Source: Camelus dromedarius
Lineage: Eukaryota
Direction of reading: 5' to 3'
Assembly (NCBI RefSeq): GCF_036321535.1
Contig: NC_087436.1
Coordinates: 63,676,001-63,740,000 of the forward strand
DNA: 64,000 bases
Part shown: in pieces, positions 38,834-50,742 of the stretch
Numbering within the stretch: the first letter of the stretch is position 1
How the letters are laid out: the number at the start of each line of letters is the position of its first letter
Notes under the pieces: generated by a model
Told to the model about the DNA's origin: nothing
The model's database searches: none
What the model saw: the letters and a program-made list of their open reading frames with translations, nothing else
Translations under genes and position numbers: made by a program

Positions 38834-39780
38834 CAACCCAATCCAAAAAAGGACAGAAGAACTAAACAAGCAATTTTCCAATGAAGACATATCAATGGCC
38901 AATAGGCACATGAAAAAAATGCCCTATATCACTAATTGGCAGAGAAATACAAATCAAAACTACAATGAGGTATCACCTCACATCAGTCAGAATAGCCATC
39001 ATTAAGAAGTCCACAAGCAATAAATGCTGGAGAAGCTGTGGAGAAAAGGGAGCCCTCCTACACTGTTGGTGGCAATGTAGTTTGGTACAGCCATTATGGA
39101 AAACAGTATGGAGAGTCCTCAAAATACTAAAAATAGACTTAAAGTATGATCCAGCAATCCCACTCCTGGGCATATATCCAGAGGAAACTCTAATTGAAAA
39201 AGATACATGCACCCCAACGTTCAGAGCAGCACTATTTACCATAGCCAAGACATGGAAACAACCTAAGTGTCCATCAACAGATGAGTGGGTACAAAAGTTG
39301 TGGTATATTTATACAATGGAATACTACTCAGCAATAAAAAAAAGAAGAAAATAGTTCTATTTGCAGAAACATGGATGGACCTGGAGATCGTCATTCTAAG
39401 TGAAGTAAGCCAGAAAGAGAAAGACACAAATGAACTTATTTATAAAACAGAAACAGACTCATAGACATAGAAAACAAACTTATGGTTACTAGGCAGGAAT
39501 GAGGGTGGGAAGGGATAAATTGGGAGTCTGAGATTTGCAGATACTAACTACTACATATAAAGTAGATAAACAAGTATCTTCTGTCTAGCACAGGGAACTA
39601 TATTCAATATCTTGTAGTAACCTATAATGAAAAAGAATATGAAAACAAATACATGTATGTATATGTATGACTGAAACATTATGCTGTACATCAGAAATTA
39701 ACACAACATTGTAAATTGACTATACTTCAATAAGAAAGCAAGAAAGAGAGAAGGAAAGAAAGAAAGAAAGAAAGAATGAA
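38834..39780 (+). mobile_element. 5'-truncated L1 (ORF2 C-terminus, 3' UTR and (GAAA)n tail)
   Basis: ORF 38965-39354 [29 protein letters not shown]...[15 protein letters not shown]-like agaaaatgagttaga (38819-38833) / agaaagatgagtcaga (39781-39796). Confidence 0.95.
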
Positions 39781-41211
39781 AGAAAGATGAGTCAGAGCTT
39801 TCAATTGTATTTTCAGTTCTGTACTCTCTTCTGTTTATAAAATCAATAAGTACTCATTGTATGAAGCTTATGACAGGTTACCTACAATATCATTGTTAGT
39901 ATTTCTATTTACCAAATATACATTTTAATATGAAAATATTTTTCCCACATCTAGTCATCAGAGCTCTGAACATTTGTCAGTCAGTATATGGCCATGTTTC
40001 CCAGTACACTGAGTAATGGTCTGAATGTGAACCACAGTGTGGTATGTCCTAGTTTATAAATGCTATTATATGTGTATATTAAATTTCCTTTAGAAGCATT
40101 ATATCATTCCCTAGACTTCATACCTAAATATGTCAAGTTTTTTTATATTTCTCCCATGAATCTAAAAAAGAAAATTAGGAAAATATTAACTTCAAGATCT
40201 TTAGTCCATGTTTGTTAGTTTCCTTTTAAAAAAACAGGGTTCTCTTCAGCTTCAGTTTATCAACTTTATTTTGTGGTCTCTATTACAACTTGCCACCAGT
40301 CACAACCAGTCTCATATATGAATCTCAGGGCTTTGACATTTAATTGCTCCTTATATGAAAAACTTATCTCATCATATTTTCCTTATTCATCTTAAATTTT
40401 TCAGTAGCTGAAGAACTTTGGAATGTCTAGGGTGAAGCCATTATTCTTATGTCTAGGTTTCTTCAAAGACCATCACAATCTATGAGATGGTACTTTGAAG
40501 TTTATCTTTTTTCTACTTGCCCTTTGAATCCCCAGGGGGCAAGCATTTAATATTTCTTTAATCCAGAGCCAAAATGACTTCCTGCTCCAGTGCTGGCCTC
40601 AATTATGGTGCTAGAAAATTATCCTCTCTTAATTAAGGGAATCACAGGGCTGTCTTAGAGCACTGAACATTTGAATTCAAGGGACAGGTGATTAAATTTA
40701 CATCTTCAGGTAAGTATTAGATATTTTTTACATGTATTCTGGCTAGAACTTTATAATAAAAGTTATTTCTACCTACTTTATATGCAAATAGCATATGTAA
40801 ATATCTAGAAACTCTCTAGTTAGAAAGATGCAGGATACAGATTCAAAAGAGGTTAGAGTCAACAAGTCAGTTCTAATAGCAATACTTAATTTACTTAAAA
40901 TTACTGAATTGAAAGTGATGTTTTTCTAGGAAAAGATGATAATGCTAGGGTAGCTTTCAAGAAAATTATTGGAGTAATTTGGTGATACTGCAAAATTGTT
41001 TCTCATTTAGACATCATTCATTCATTGATAGAGGCTTACTATATCTAAAGCATTACCTAGTATTAAATAGTTGATTGACCACTTCTCCCCCATTTATTAT
41101 TCCCTTAGGTGGATAATTATCTTCAGGAACATCTTCGTTTTTATAAGTTCACTGTCTCAATTCTTCATTAAAGTTCTATGAATGTACTCATATTCAGTAT
41201 TTCTGTTAGAG

Positions 41212-41425
41212 CAGCATTCTCCAATAGAACACTCTGTGATGTTGGAAATGTTCTATAATCAACTGTCCAGTACAGTAACCACTAGCCAATATGTAACTAT
41301 CAAGCACATGTTGAAATGTGGCTAAAACACATAAGAAACTAAATATTCAGCTTTACTTAATTTTAACTAACTTTGATTTAAATTTAAATGGTCACATGTG
41401 TCTGTTACTAAAGTGGACAGTGCAG
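41212..41425 (+). mobile_element. MER3-like hAT-Charlie element
   Basis: 'tccaatagaacactctgtgatgttggaaatgttctata...gtaaccactagcca...ttgaaatgtggcta...tggacagtgcag'. Confidence 0.8.
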
Positions 41426-41849
41426 AATTAAAAGATATCCATTTAAATTCTCAGCAAATTATTCAATTGATTCCTAAGACAAATAAAAATCTCTTTTGTG
41501 TGTTTAATCATATATATGCAAGTAGGTATTCTGCAGCAGTTACATTTATTTATTTCATATTGTGCTACCCTAAACACAAGAATTAATGACAGTTAAAAAT
41601 TCTCATCTATGCCTTCTCATACTGATATCCCTTTAGGAACTGCACAGCTCAGCAGAATTACCATATCAGAATACTTGTGGATAACATTTTATATCAGAAA
41701 TCCAGATGTTTCATTAAGCTTGGGTGAATTTTAATAACATAAAGATAGATTTACATGTTACAAAATTTAAGGTAGACTTGTTTAAGACAAAGTATGCCTA
41801 ACAGAGAGTTAAAACATGACTTATCAGTATACAAAGTCAATTCTTAATT

Positions 41850-42255
41850 GTTCTCCTCCATCTTCCTTGACCACGAGGTCCCACCACAGGGCCTTTGCAC
41901 TGGCTATTTGCTGCACCCTTCCTCCAGAGAGCCCAAGGCCTCACTACCTTATCTCCTTCAAGTCGACACCAACATTGCCTCCTCAGTGTGGTCAACTCTA
42001 ACCACTCTGTTCAAGAGCATATCTCACCTGCTACTCCCAAATTTCCATACCTTGCTCTGTTTTTCTTCACATCTTTTATTTACTTTCTAACATACTATAT
42101 AATTTATCCAATTTATTCACTTACTACTTTTATTTTTGTGCCTTCTAAATAGATGTGAGATTCATGAAAGCAAGTAATTTGGATCATTTTTGCTCATTGA
42201 TGTATTATTACCAACTCCAAGACAATAATTAGGCAGTTAGTAGCCTTCAATAAAC
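41850..42255 (+). mobile_element. L2 3' end
   Basis: 'cagggcctttgcactggctatt...tagatgtgagattcatgaaagcaag...tcaataaa'. Confidence 0.75.
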
Positions 42256-42297
42256 TTAAGATACCATCCAAAAGGCTTAATCAGCTGTCTAAATCCC

Positions 42298-42476
42298 AGA
42301 GCAGCAATGGCGATCTTTTTCTATAAAGTGCTAAATAGTATGTATTTTAAGCTTTACAGGCCACATATGGTTTCTGTTGAAAACTCTTTAAAAATGTAAA
42401 AGCTTCTTGGCTGGAAGACAGTACAAAAACAGATTGTAGGCCACACTTGGTCCACAGGCCATAGTTTACCAATCCT
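42298..42476 (+). mobile_element. MER58-like hAT-Charlie element
   Basis: 'tttttctataaag...atagtatgtattttaagctttacaggcca...gtacaaaaacag...ggtccacaggccatagtttaccaatcct'. Confidence 0.8.
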
Positions 42477-42732
42477 TATATAAATTTAATGGAGAGAAGC
42501 AACAGAACAATACTCACAAGACGATTAGCCCTAAAATTATTTTTTTCTTTGATATTATGCATGTTGTGTCCAACTTCCTTCCAGTAAAGAGGAAATACTA
42601 TTGCGGTGAATTTAGTCAGAATGGCAGAAAATGATCTAACTTGGCAACCTACGTCCTTTGCATTCCCCAGCCTACCAAAATTATTGCTCTCAGTCTCTTA
42701 TAAAACATTAATACTAAAGTGATGTTTGGTCC

Positions 42733-42875
42733 TTAGTTTTTAAACAGATCATGAAACCCATTTAAGAAACCAATAAAGGTTACTCTTTCCTAGTGAAAAA
42801 TGTGCATAGACATATGATTTTGCAGTGATTTTCAGGGCTTATGAAATCCCTGAAACCTGTTAGTAAGAATCCCTT
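42733..42875 (+). mobile_element. MER103-like hAT fragment
   Basis: 'gaaacccatttaagaa...aaaatgtgcatagacata...ttttgca...tttcaggg...taagaatccct'. Confidence 0.5.
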
Positions 42876-43464
42876 CTCTTCTTTTTAGATTTGCTGTCTC
42901 TCTGGCTCACATTTGTTTTGTGCATCTAACAGAATGCAAATATCTGCTTTAAATGGCTTTTGCTTCCAACTCTGCTGTTAAATGACATAGTGGAGAACGT
43001 TAAAGAATTTTAATCAAACACAGCACCTAGTAATTTACTAAGTACTTAAAAGCATACTTTGCCTGAGGTATCATTTCAGGCAGATAATTCCTCTAGCAAT
43101 CAGGATTTCATGATAATGAGGAAACTTAATTTTTTTTTTTTTTTGCTTTTGTTTGTTTGTTGTAATCAAGCCCATTCCATCCTTAGACTCCTCCAGGTTG
43201 ATGAGATCCTTATTCTTTCATTCTGAGTGTTGACAGTCTTAGTATAAACAAAAACAAGAGCAAAATAAGTATCAATATGCTTTCATTTCTTTACTGGTGT
43301 CACCAAGAAGTCTAGTAAATGGCTGTTTACCCATCTCCCTAACATGAATCTTTACCAACTTCATAAGAGCTTATTCTATCAATGAGGTATACAAAGATAG
43401 TCATTTACCAACCTCTGAGTTTTCAGTGTCAAGTTCAGGCCCAGAGTCTTAGATCTCATCTAGA

Positions 43465-43786
43465 GCAGCACTTCTCAACCATAGTTAATATACTGATATG
43501 CCACGCTGGTGAGAGGGAGGCATAGTGAACGATTTGTTGCTGATAATATTTAAAACAACACTTTTCTCAAATAATTTACTCTGCTAAAAAATGTTTAAAT
43601 AAAGTCTGTTGTAGTTATTCCTAGAATAGTAGTTTAGTGCCATTTAGTTGAGCATTTCTGAACAAGTGGAAAAGAGTGAACTCACATGGGGGATAGAAAG
43701 TCCTCCAGCATAAATTCATAGGATCACATTGGTTATGAGAGCAACTTTCAAGTGTGTTTCTGCAGAAGATAATAAAGGACAACTGA
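43465..43786. mobile_element. Probable hAT-Charlie element
   Basis: Begins 'cagcacttctcaacc' and is flanked by tctaga at both ends. Confidence 0.4.
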
Positions 43787-45789
43787 TCTAGAGAAATTAT
43801 CCCTCCTTATTGAAAAAATATACTGGGCATCAAGGAAAAATGCTACACATTTTCACTAATATGATTGGGTGTCCTGTTAAATAATTTCTAGGGACTTAAG
43901 AGGCACATCAAATGCTTACGCTCAAACAAATATAAACTGAAACTTACTCTGTTGCCTAGTTAATCACGATCTACTTACTGAGGCTATTTGGGAGGGAATG
44001 GAGATAAAGTAACAGCAAAGTACAGCCAGGATTAACAATGTCAAGGTCAAATTTTGACGAGATGCTCAGAAATGATGGAAATCACAATAAGAAGGAAAAA
44101 TGTGACAGAACTAGGATGACAATCTTTCAAGTAGAAATGGACTGTTGCCAAAACACAAAAACAAAAACAAAAAAGAATGAAAAGTGATTTACCTGTTTGA
44201 TGATTCATATATACCACTGCCCTTCAATAAGACATTTCTTAGTCTTATTGTGTAATATTTGTAGATAAAGAAAAACGAAAATGTATCCCATTAGCCGAAC
44301 GCTAGATAATATAAACAGATCAGAGTTTGAGATGCACAGCAGTGGTAGGAAGCCTAATAAATTATGGATAGAGGGGATTCTGAATAAGCTATCTCCTCTC
44401 TCTTCCAAATACAATAAATTTTTTAAGATCAGAGTGCATATCACATGAAGTTAATAAAGCAGAAAATGACACTATTTACCTTCATCAAATAATATGTCAA
44501 AAAATTTACAGCTCGGCTCCTTGAAAATCTGTCTTATTTAGCCTGTTTTTTTGTGTAACATTTGAATAGCCAAAAGCTAATGGGAAACATAAAGCATATT
44601 AGGCCAAGAAAAAAATTTTAAAACTCTTTTACTTTATTTGCAGATTCTTCACAAAATATCATTTTTACTTTTCTTTGTGGGTGGCTTCTATACTGTTACA
44701 AAAATCTGTATGTAGTATTAAGTAGTTGGAAGGGGCAGAGCACTGCATGATGAGTAACTCGCTCAACCACCAAAAGAAGCGATAATTGGCAAGATGATGA
44801 ATAGGAGTTGTTCTCATCCCGAGTCTGTCTACAGATGACTGCATGTCCTCAAGAAGACCAGGCTAAAGGTCATATTTCAAAGAATGTCAGTTTATCTGAG
44901 CATAAAAGGAAAGGATTTGCCATTCTGAATCATATTAATGATCCATTTAGTCTAGCATCCTTCCTAAGGCAGTGGTCAGTTTTCTAAAAGGAGACTGGGG
45001 AGGAAAAAGGAATCCTTCTAACCCTTTTTTCCCATTGTCAGAAGGGAGTGGATTTCATCTAAACTCTGCAGGGAAAGTTGAATTCTTCATTCCCACCATG
45101 AATTAAGAGCTGGTTTCTTGTTTAATCTGGCATTGCTAATGACAGGAACAATAGCAAAAAATAAATACAAAAGCAAACAAACAATTTCTCTTAGTATTAT
45201 ATCAAATCATATAATTACACAATGTTGAACAAATATCAGAAATTCCTATAGTTGACCAACATTTGAAATCATTCTTTAGAACTCATGTGGCATTTTTAAA
45301 CTCCAGCCTTTTTGTTCTTTGTTAGTTAATCTCCCGTACCTGTTCGTGGGGTAAATGTTTCTCTGTATCAGTTTTACAAATGCAGACACTGAGACTGAAA
45401 CAGACTCGGGAAAAATCTTTAAATGTAAAGAATATCTGGCAAGTTGATTTGTGCTGTACCACAAAATTTCAAGATTCTATTAATAGTCATATGATGACTA
45501 AATGCCCTCTAAGTGGCATTATATGCTTTGTATGGCTGAAAATTCTTTGAGGTGACCAACCACTGCTACCTGAGCATTCACTCACTTTTTTGGCAAAGCT
45601 GAATTTTAAAAGTTGTGTTTTTTTTTTGAAAATTTGGAACTGTATCTAACTCCTAATTTAAATGCCATCCCTTAGTATCATATAGAAATAAAAACTTGCT
45701 TTTAAATACTACGTTTTCATATATTTGAACAGCCTACATTTGTTGAAATAATCAAGAATATTCTATAAGATTTATTTAAACTGTATCTT

Positions 45790-46535
45790 TTTAATATAAT
45801 GAAACATTTCATCTGAAATGATTGCAAGATATGGCTGGATAAATAGATCATCTATGAACCTACCATTCACCTTAAGAAATAAAGTGTCACATCATAATAT
45901 AATTGAAAGCTTCTAAATACTTTCGCTTAATTTCTTCTTCTCCTCCCAAAATGATCTACTCTCCTAAATTTCATGTTTCATAACATTTACACACATTCTT
46001 TCATAATTTTAACTTCTACATATTTATCTTCAACTAAAATACAGCATTTAAAAAATTATATAAATGGTATCACACATAGTAATCACTTTTCTTTACTGGC
46101 TTAATATTTTGCTTGTGAAATTCATTTATATTGATATATGCAGCTCCAGTTCACTCCTTTTCACTTTGGCATCATATTCAATTTTTTCAACTTTTAAAAT
46201 TTATGTTTAATATACACAGTGTAAGGGACACAAATCATGATTGTGCATTTCAATGAATTTTCCAAAACTGAACAGGTCCATATACCAAGCAGCAGATTAA
46301 CATTAGAATGCTACCATATCCAAAAAGCAGTATTTGTGTCCTCTGGCCACATGCCCTCCACAGTGGTCATCACTATCCCGACTTCTACCACCACAGTGGA
46401 GTGTTCCATGGTTTTGAACGTTATATAAATGGATTCACACTGAATGTGTTATTTTGTGTCTGGTTTCTTTTGTCTAACATTATGTTTGTGAGATTCATCA
46501 GCATCATTTCTCATTACTGAAGATTGCTCATTCTC
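45790..46535 (-). mobile_element. Old L1 (L1MC/ME-like) 3' fragments
   Basis: 'tatataaatggtatcacaca', 'tatataaatggattcacactgaatgtgttattttgtgtctggtttcttttg...tgtttgtgagattcatc'. Confidence 0.75.
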
Positions 46536-46579
46536 TGGATATCATCTCAGAGATGGCTAATCCTTCTATTCCACAAGTA

Positions 46580-47207
46580 CAAACAATTCTTGCTATTCAC
46601 AGTATTTATTTTTTAAAGTCACTACAAATGCAGAACTAGGAAACATTGAATCATTACCCTTAAAGGAAAGACAGAGTTAGTTTCCTGTGAGCCTCAGATC
46701 ACAACGTTTCCACTACTCTATCAATGTACAACTTTGTTTTCAAGACACCATATTTAATGTGTATTGTTGATTTATTAACATTGAACTTACAGCAACAGCA
46801 CTATAATTCATTCCTGCATAAAGCTTATCTAATACATGTATTTTCTATTAAGGCATATCATAGCCTTCTTACACTTAGGAAAAATAGACAGCAGTTCAGT
46901 ACTATGCTTGGGAATTATTTTAAACAGAAAAATCATCAACAAAAAGCACAAAAGTGTGAAAAACATGCCATTAAATTGACTGTGAAAAGGACACTTGTTT
47001 GCAGTATTAGAGCAGAAATCAAAAGGCTGAAGTCTCCTTGACTTCAGATGGGATTGTTTGCATTGGGTGCCTCAATTTTTTGCTCTTCCATACATGTGCA
47101 CGTCTCTGAATGATTATGAAAGAACCATGAATCGTAATTTCAGGGTTATAAATAAATTTAGTGCTAGGAAAATTCACAAATACAGACCAGAAATGAGGAT
47201 CAACTAT
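46580..47207 (-). mobile_element. MER82 (Tigger-family) DNA transposon, near full length
   Basis: 'tcaacaaaaagcacaaaag...gaaaaggacacttgttt', 'aagcttatctaatacatgtattttct', end 'aatgaggatcaact'. Accounts for ORF 46724-47041. Confidence 0.88.
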
Positions 47208-47463
47208 TTCGTCTTTTAAAATCAACTTCACAAATGGAAGAGAGTTTTTCTGAATATAGAAAAAAGTAAACTCAAAAGTCAATAATTATTGCTCCACATG
47301 ATCCAAACATTTATTACTGTATCAGATATCTGAAACCAGTCTGGATCTCAGTTTTCTTTTATATTTTTTCTTGTTTGTTTGTATGGACTTTCGTCTTGGT
47401 GTACCTAAAAGACTTCTTTTATCTGAAAAATAAGGACATGTCATTAGCAGATGTCTTGTATAG

Positions 47464-47583
47464 CTTTTGCCTCCTTAGATAGGTTTATTCCTCACTATTT
47501 TATGGTTTTTGATGCAGTAGTAAATGGGACTGTTCCCTTAATAAATTTTTCTGGTATTTCATTGTTAGTGTATAGAAATGCAA
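47464..47583 (-). mobile_element. L1 ORF2 fragment, inverted relative to the adjacent L1
   Basis: Reverse complement 'ttgcatttctatacactaacaatgaaataccagaa...ttaagggaacagtcccatttact...aataaacctatctaaggaggcaaaa'. Confidence 0.85.
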
Positions 47584-48449
47584 AATAGAAAATATTAACA
47601 GCCCAGTTACTAGTACAGAAATTGAAGCAGTGATTTTAAAACTCTCAACAAACAAAAGTCTAGGACCAAGAGGCTTCACAGGGAAATTATACCAGACATT
47701 CAGAGAAGAGTTAACACCTATTCTTCTGAAACTATTCCAAAATATTGCAGAGGAAAGAACACTTCCCAACTCATGCTATGAGGCCACCAACACTGATACC
47801 AAAACCAGACAAAGATATCACGCATACCCAAAAAATTATAGGCCAATATCACTTATGAACATAGATGCAAAAATTCTCAATAAAATACTAGCAAACGAAC
47901 TCCAATTATACATTAAAAGGATCACATATCATGATCAAGTGGGATTTATCCCAGAGATGCAAGGATTTATCAATACTCACAAATCAATCAATGTGATAAG
48001 CCACATTAACAAACTGGAGAATAAAAACCATATAATCATCTCAATAGATGCAGAAAAAGCTTTTGATAAAATTCAATATCCATTTATGATAAAAATCTCT
48101 CCAGAAAGTGGGCATAGAAGGAATATACCTCAACATAGTAAAGGCCATAAATGACAAACCCACAGCTAACATCTTACTGAACAGTGAAAAGCTGAAAGCA
48201 TTTCCTCTAAGATCAGAAACAAGACAAAGATGCTCAAAAGAAATAAAAGGAATCCAACTTGGAAAAGAAGTAAAACTGTCACTGTTTGCAGATGACATGA
48301 TACTATACATAGAAAATCCTAAAGATGCCACCAGAAAACTACTAGAGCTCATCAATGAATTCAGTAAAGCTGCAGGATACAAAATTAATATACAGAAATC
48401 CATTGCATTATATACACTAACAACAAAATATCAGAAAAAAGAAATTAAG
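47584..48449 (+). mobile_element. L1 ORF2 reverse-transcriptase fragment (disrupted)
   Basis: [56 protein letters not shown]; frameshifts and an internal deletion near 48232. Confidence 0.95.
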
Positions 48450-49044
48450 CACTATTTACAATAGCCAAGACATGGAAACAATCTAAATGTCCACTGACAG
48501 ATGATTGGATAAAGAAGATGTGGTGTGTATGTATAAGTATGTGTGTGTATATGTGTGTGTGTGTATATATATAATGAAATATTACTCTGCTGTAAAAAAG
48601 AATGAAATAATGCCATTTGCAGCAACATGGATGAACCTAGAGATTATCATATTAAGTGAATAAAGTCAGACAGAGAAAGACAAATATCATATGATATCAC
48701 TTAAATGTGGAATCTTAAAAAATAATGATACAAATTAAGTTATTTACAAAACAGAAAGATTCCCAGACATAGAAAACAACCTTTCTCCCAAATGGGAAAG
48801 GGGCAGGGTGATGGATAAGTTAGGATTTTGGAATTAGCAGATACAAACTACTATATAAGATAGATAGACAACAAGTTCCTACTGTATAGCACAGGAAACT
48901 ATAAGCTATAGCTTATAATAACCTATAATGAAAAAGAATATGAAAAGAATATATATATATTTATATACATGTAACTGAATCACTATGCTGCACACCAGAA
49001 ACTAACACAACATTGTAAATCAACTGTACTTCATTTTAAAAAAA
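48450..49044 (+). mobile_element. 5'-truncated L1 3' end nested in the older L1 ORF2
   Basis: 'cactatttacaatagccaagacatggaaaca' ... 'cacaacattgtaaatcaactgtacttca' plus an A run. Confidence 0.92.
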
Positions 49045-49700
49045 GAAGTACAGGAGAAGGTCATGGAACAGGGCAAGAAGAGCAACATCAAGTAGCAAAG
49101 ATAAGAGAAGCAGGAGAGATTTACAGAGAGAAGACAGTCAAAGCAGAAACAAACAAACAAAAAAATAGAGAGACCAAGAAATTGGGAGTTTACAAGGAAC
49201 AAAAATTCTGAAAGAGAAAAGAATGTACTCTCAAAAGCTCAAATAATAACAGGGGGAAAAGGAGTGATAGAGATCAAAGTCCATTCTCAAAAATATAACA
49301 AAGTAGTCACGTAAACAAATTAAAATTCTCCCCGTTGAAAAATAAGGAGCATGAAAAGACCAGAACTTCAGTGGAAAAGGAAAATCAAAAGTCAAATAGT
49401 CAAGAAAATGACCATGTACATGATAAAGATAAAAATTTGATCATGAATCAACCCCTGGGACAAATGAAGACGAAAGTTGATGAGTGAGTTGTGTAAACTA
49501 ATTTCCACTCTCTCTCAATTTTTAAGTTCAGAGACTTGCTGATGAATCTCCTCTTTGTTATTTTCCTCTTTTCATTGTTTTTGGTTTTTGTCTTTTTTTT
49601 TTTTTTTAATGTGGGCTTGACTGAGTTGATCTTTTGATAATCTGCAACCTGGATAATTTATCCTGCTAAGTTTGAATAAACTTGAAATGAGGGAAAAAAA
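49045..49700 (+). pseudogene. PPIG: Processed (retro) pseudogene fragment of PPIG / cyclophilin G: C-terminal coding region plus 3' UTR
   Basis: Translates as ...SSNNNRGKRSDRDQSPFSKI*QSSHVNKLKFSPLKNKEHEKTRTSVEKENQKSNSQENDHVHDKDK/FDHESTPGTNEDES**. This matches the recalled PPIG C-terminus (DRDQSPFSKIKQSSQ...SVEKENQKSKGQENDHVH...FDHESSPGTDEDKSG*). Premature TAA at 49296-49298, frameshifts, U-rich 3' UTR, AATAAA at 49675-49680, A run at 49694-49700. Confidence 0.9.
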
Positions 49701-49704
49701 CAAC

Positions 49705-49797
49705 TTAAGGAAACAATTCCATTTACCATCTCATCAGAAAAGAATAAAATACATAGTAGTAATAAACCTACCTAAGGAAGCAAAAGACCTGTATTCT
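49705..49797 (+). mobile_element. L1 ORF2 fragment continuing the 47584-48449 element
   Basis: 'ttaaggaaacaattccatttaccatc...gaataaaatac...aataaacctacctaaggaagcaaaagacctgtattct' (KETIPFTI...INLPKEAKDL). Confidence 0.88.
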
Positions 49798-50224
49798 TTT
49801 TCTTTTAAATTTTCTTTTTATCTTTTCCTCAAATAGAATTCTATTTCTTCCTCTGTTTAATTTCTTTACTATTCAGGATTATTTATTTCATTACTCCCTA
49901 TTGACATCACTTTCCAATTCACAAACTATGTTTTATGTTTATATTTTTAAAACAATTCACCATTGATCCTGGAGTTATTCTCCTGATATTCAGTGTATCA
50001 GTCAAATATTACTGAGAATAAATACTACAATTATATTTTAAGCTTTTCCTCTTTTGTCTTAATGGAAGACTTGTTCAGATAGGTCTCCTTTTTTTAAGAA
50101 AAATTTTTTTTCTTTGTTTATATTCATAAATTAAGGTCTAGGTAGTTAACTGTTGACAGATGGAATAAGCTCCATCAGCAACTGTGTAAGTCACATATTA
50201 GTGCCTCCTACCTATCTTAGGTTA

Positions 50225-50578
50225 TGCTGTAAGACTGAATGTTTATGTTCCCCTCTAAATTCATATGATGGAATTAACCCCCAGTGTGATGGTATCAGGA
50301 AGTGTGGCCTTTGGGATGGGATTAGGTCATGAAGGTGGAGCCCTCACAAATGGGAGAGTAGCTTATAAGAGACCCTAGAGCACTCAATATCCCTTCCACC
50401 ATATGAGATTATAGGGAGAAACAAGCTCTGAGCCAGGAAGTGAGCCTTCACCAGACACGGAGTCTGCCAGTGCCTTGATCTTAGACTTCCACAACTACAA
50501 AGCTGTGAGAAATAAATTGCTGTTTAAGCCACACAGTCAATAGCATTTGTGTTATAGAAGTCCAAATGGACATTGACA
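50225..50578 (+). mobile_element. Full-length solo MaLR LTR (MLT1A-like)
   Basis: 'tgctgtaagactgaatgtttatgttcccc...gccttgatcttagacttcc...gtgagaaataaatt...tgaca'. Confidence 0.9.
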
Positions 50579-50740
50579 GTTGGCATTCTGGTTTCCCACA
50601 GGCATTTCCAACTCAATGTATCTCCTCCAAACTCACCTCTTCCTTTGCTACTGACATTACCCAAGAGAGGAATTTGGGATTTCCTGGACATCTCCCTCTT
50701 GCTTAACAAATTAACTTTATCTGTGACCAACTGCTATTGT

Positions 50741-50742
<2 letters not shown>

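Noticed and set aside
34532..39354. Longer ORFs at 34532-35300 and 38965-39354 on both strands
   Set aside because: Sense and antisense frames of L1 ORF2 fossils.
44745..44900. C/D-box snoRNA (two ATGATGA motifs and a distal CTGA)
   Set aside because: No D' box at the expected spacing, no terminal stem, and no recognisable rRNA-antisense guide.
44817..45411. 12-bp inverted repeat tcccgagtctgt / acagactcggga about 580 bp apart
   Set aside because: A few such matches are expected by chance in 64 kb, and there is no TSD or element structure.
47630..48464. ORFs of 174 and 118 aa with reverse-transcriptase motifs, considered as a novel RT or retron-like system
   Set aside because: Ordinary frameshifted LINE-1 ORF2 fragments with an internal deletion; no intact RT.
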